From contig JAGBHF010000006.1 of assembly GCA_017935645.1 (NCBI GenBank), forward strand, positions 1 to 63,545: a DNA stretch of 63,545 nucleotides, in the 5' to 3' direction. Source of the stretch: Bacteroidaceae bacterium (GTDB lineage: Bacteria > Bacteroidota > Bacteroidia > Bacteroidales > Barnesiellaceae_A). Position numbers and translations under genes: made by a program. Under the pieces are notes generated by a model. The model did no database searches. It was given only the letters and a program-made list of their open reading frames with translations, and was not told the origin of the DNA. Positions 62,010 through 63,545 of the stretch are shown here, in pieces; the stretch's first letter is position 1; every line of letters starts with the position of its first letter.

Positions 62010-63395
62010 TTATTTTACCAATTCTTTCTCAATTTCTTCCAAACTCTTTCCTTTGGTCTCGGGCAAGAACTTCACTGTAAAGATACCACCTGCCAAGCAG
62101 ATGATGCCATACAACCAGAATGTGCCTGCTGCACCCAATCCTGCGTTAAGCAAGGGGAAGGTGTAGGTGAGCAAGAAGCAAGCAGCCCACAAAGCAAATG
62201 TACATACCGACATGGCGATACCACGTACTCGGTTGGGGAAGATTTCCGACACGATTACCCACATTACAGTTGCCAAAGTCATGGCATAGCAAGCGATGGC
62301 ACACACTACAACGACAAGTACGATGATGCCTGTGAAATGCAAGTAGTAGAACAAGCCCATGAATGCGTAGATAATGGCAAGGCCGAATGAGCCTAAAAGA
62401 GCCAATTTCTTACGACCCCAACGGTCGACAACAAACATGGCTACGATGGTGAAGATAACGTTGGTAATACCTGTAACAACTATATTCATCAATACATCCG
62501 ATACGCCATAACCGGCAGCTTCAAAGATTTCTTGGGCATAGTTGAAGATAACGTTGATACCACACCATTGTTGCAACACGGCCATCACTACACCAATGAG
62601 CAATACCAATCGCATTGAGGGGTGGAGCAACTGACGGAAACCACCTTGTTGCTTGTCATTTTGCAACGAAGCCTCGATTGAAGTCAACTCGGTACGGGCC
62701 AACTCGGCACCACCGATGCGAGTAAATACTTCAAGTGCACGGTCGTTTTGACCTGTAGAGGCAAGCCAACGGGGGCTTTCGGGGAGGAAGAAGCCCATTA
62801 CAAAGAAGAGTACCGAAGGAACCATCATAGCCCAAAACATCCATCTCCAGCCTGTTTGACCATTCCATGAGTTGAGGATATACTCGGCTGTAGCGTCGGC
62901 AGGTACGGGCTCGGCAATAAGCCAGTTGACAATCTGAGCCGAGAGAATACCCAATACTACGGTGAGTTGGTTAATAGATACAAAGCGTCCACGCATGTCG
63001 GTGGGGGCTATCTCGGCTATATATATAGGTGAAAGGCTTGATGCTACACCAATGGCAAAACCTCCGATAAGGCGATAGATGGTGAATGCTGTGAAGGTGT
63101 CGGATGCTCCTGTACCCCAAGCTGTGCAGATAAAGAGACCTGCCGAGAGAATGAGGATGGGGCGACGACCATACTTGTCGCTGAGGGGACCGGCTGTCAA
63201 TGCACCAAAAAGACAACCCATCAAGGCACTACTCATAGCCCATCCTTGCATAGAAGGATTGCCGGCTATACCAAAAAATTGTTCGTAAAAAGGTTTCGCT
63301 CCACCTATAACAACCCAGTCGTAACCGAAGAGCAATCCGCCCATTGCTGAGATGAGAGCGATACCGAAAAGATAAGCTCGTGAATGTGTTTTCAT
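62010..63395 (-). CDS. Sugar porter family MFS transporter (XylE/AraE-like)
   Basis: GGLLFGYD, DKYGRR, YIAEIAP, RG, PESPRWL, QQWCGIN, DRWGRK, SEIFP and PETKG motifs. Confidence 0.95.
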   Translation of the reverse strand: MKTHSRAYLFGIALISAMGGLLFGYDWVVIGGAKPFYEQFFGIAGNPSMQGWAMSSALMGCLFGALTAGPLSDKYGRRPILILSAGLFICTAWGTGASDTFTAFTIYRLIGGFAIGVASSLSPIYIAEIAPTDMRGRFVSINQLTVVLGILSAQIVNWLIAEPVPADATAEYILNSWNGQTGWRWMFWAMMVPSVLFFVMGFFLPESPRWLASTGQNDRALEVFTRIGGAELARTELTSIEASLQNDKQQGGFRQLLHPSMRLVLLIGVVMAVLQQWCGINVIFNYAQEIFEAAGYGVSDVLMNIVVTGITNVIFTIVAMFVVDRWGRKKLALLGSFGLAIIYAFMGLFYYLHFTGIIVLVVVVCAIACYAMTLATVMWVIVSEIFPNRVRGIAMSVCTFALWAACFLLTYTFPLLNAGLGAAGTFWLYGIICLAGGIFTVKFLPETKGKSLEEIEKELVK

Positions 63396-63426
63396 ACTAT
63401 AAAACTATTTGATTATGTATTTTTTG

Positions 63427-63490
63427 CAAATTAAGTGCTTATTAATAAGCGATAAAATAGAGTATTGCGCTATCAGTATGGATTATTTTA
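63427..63490 (-). promoter_or_regulatory. Degenerate -7 box (TTAATTTG) plus candidate activator site for the sugar porter operon
   Basis: CAAATTAA at 63427-63434; ATAGA at 63457 and ATGGA at 63478 (21 bp period); AGTATGGATTATTTTA at 63475-63490. Confidence 0.55.
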
Positions 63491-63521
63491 CTTTTTGTAA
63501 CTTTTTATTAATATTCTTTTT

Positions 63522-63529
63522 TATCTTTG
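63522..63529 (+). promoter_or_regulatory. -7 element for a divergent gene beyond the window
   Basis: TATCTTTG on the plus strand, near the window end. Confidence 0.55.
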
Positions 63530-63545
63530 TAGCATAACCATAAAA

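Noticed and set aside
269-63288. Numerous 60-270 aa overlapping or antisense ORFs in the six-frame track
   Set aside because: They are shadows of well-supported genes and have no recognisable motifs.
1-63545. Genome-wide TAG reassignment (e.g. genetic code 15)
   Set aside because: Eight genes end in TAG at plausible family C-termini, several followed by terminators; Gln at the aroB active-site Lys would also be implausible.

Overview
This is a 63.5 kb chromosomal segment from a Bacteroidales bacterium, judged from TAnnTTTG/TTTG promoters, AT-rich leaders without Shine-Dalgarno sites, a T9SS cargo protein and Bacteroidales-type gene order. It is mostly housekeeping: lpxB, pnp, hpt-adk, acpP-fabF-rnc, ald, ruvB, asd, ansA, cdd-dnaX, era-der, DUF177-rpmF-fabH, fba, speA-truA, mntP, thrA-apbE and one tRNA-Pro(GGG). 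Accessory glycan and surface genes are interspersed. I found no IS, integrase, prophage or CRISPR array. Four things stand out. (1) A 15/16-identical motif, AGTATGGAT(G/T)ATTTTA, sits exactly 48 bp from a degenerate TTAnTTTG -7 box upstream of both an orphan GH2 and, 51 kb away, a sugar porter-DUF5107/TPR-GH97 operon. This suggests a split, SusC/D-less sugar-utilisation regulon built around an uncharacterised DUF5107 protein. (2) Two otherwise intact genes, aroB and a 5'-nucleotidase, each carry a single in-frame TAG, although TAG is a normal stop in eight other genes. (3) There is a structured leader upstream of mntP that is not a canonical yybP-ykoY riboswitch. (4) A 75-bp-period structured repeat lies at the left edge. 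All family assignments are from motif recognition by eye; no database searches were run.
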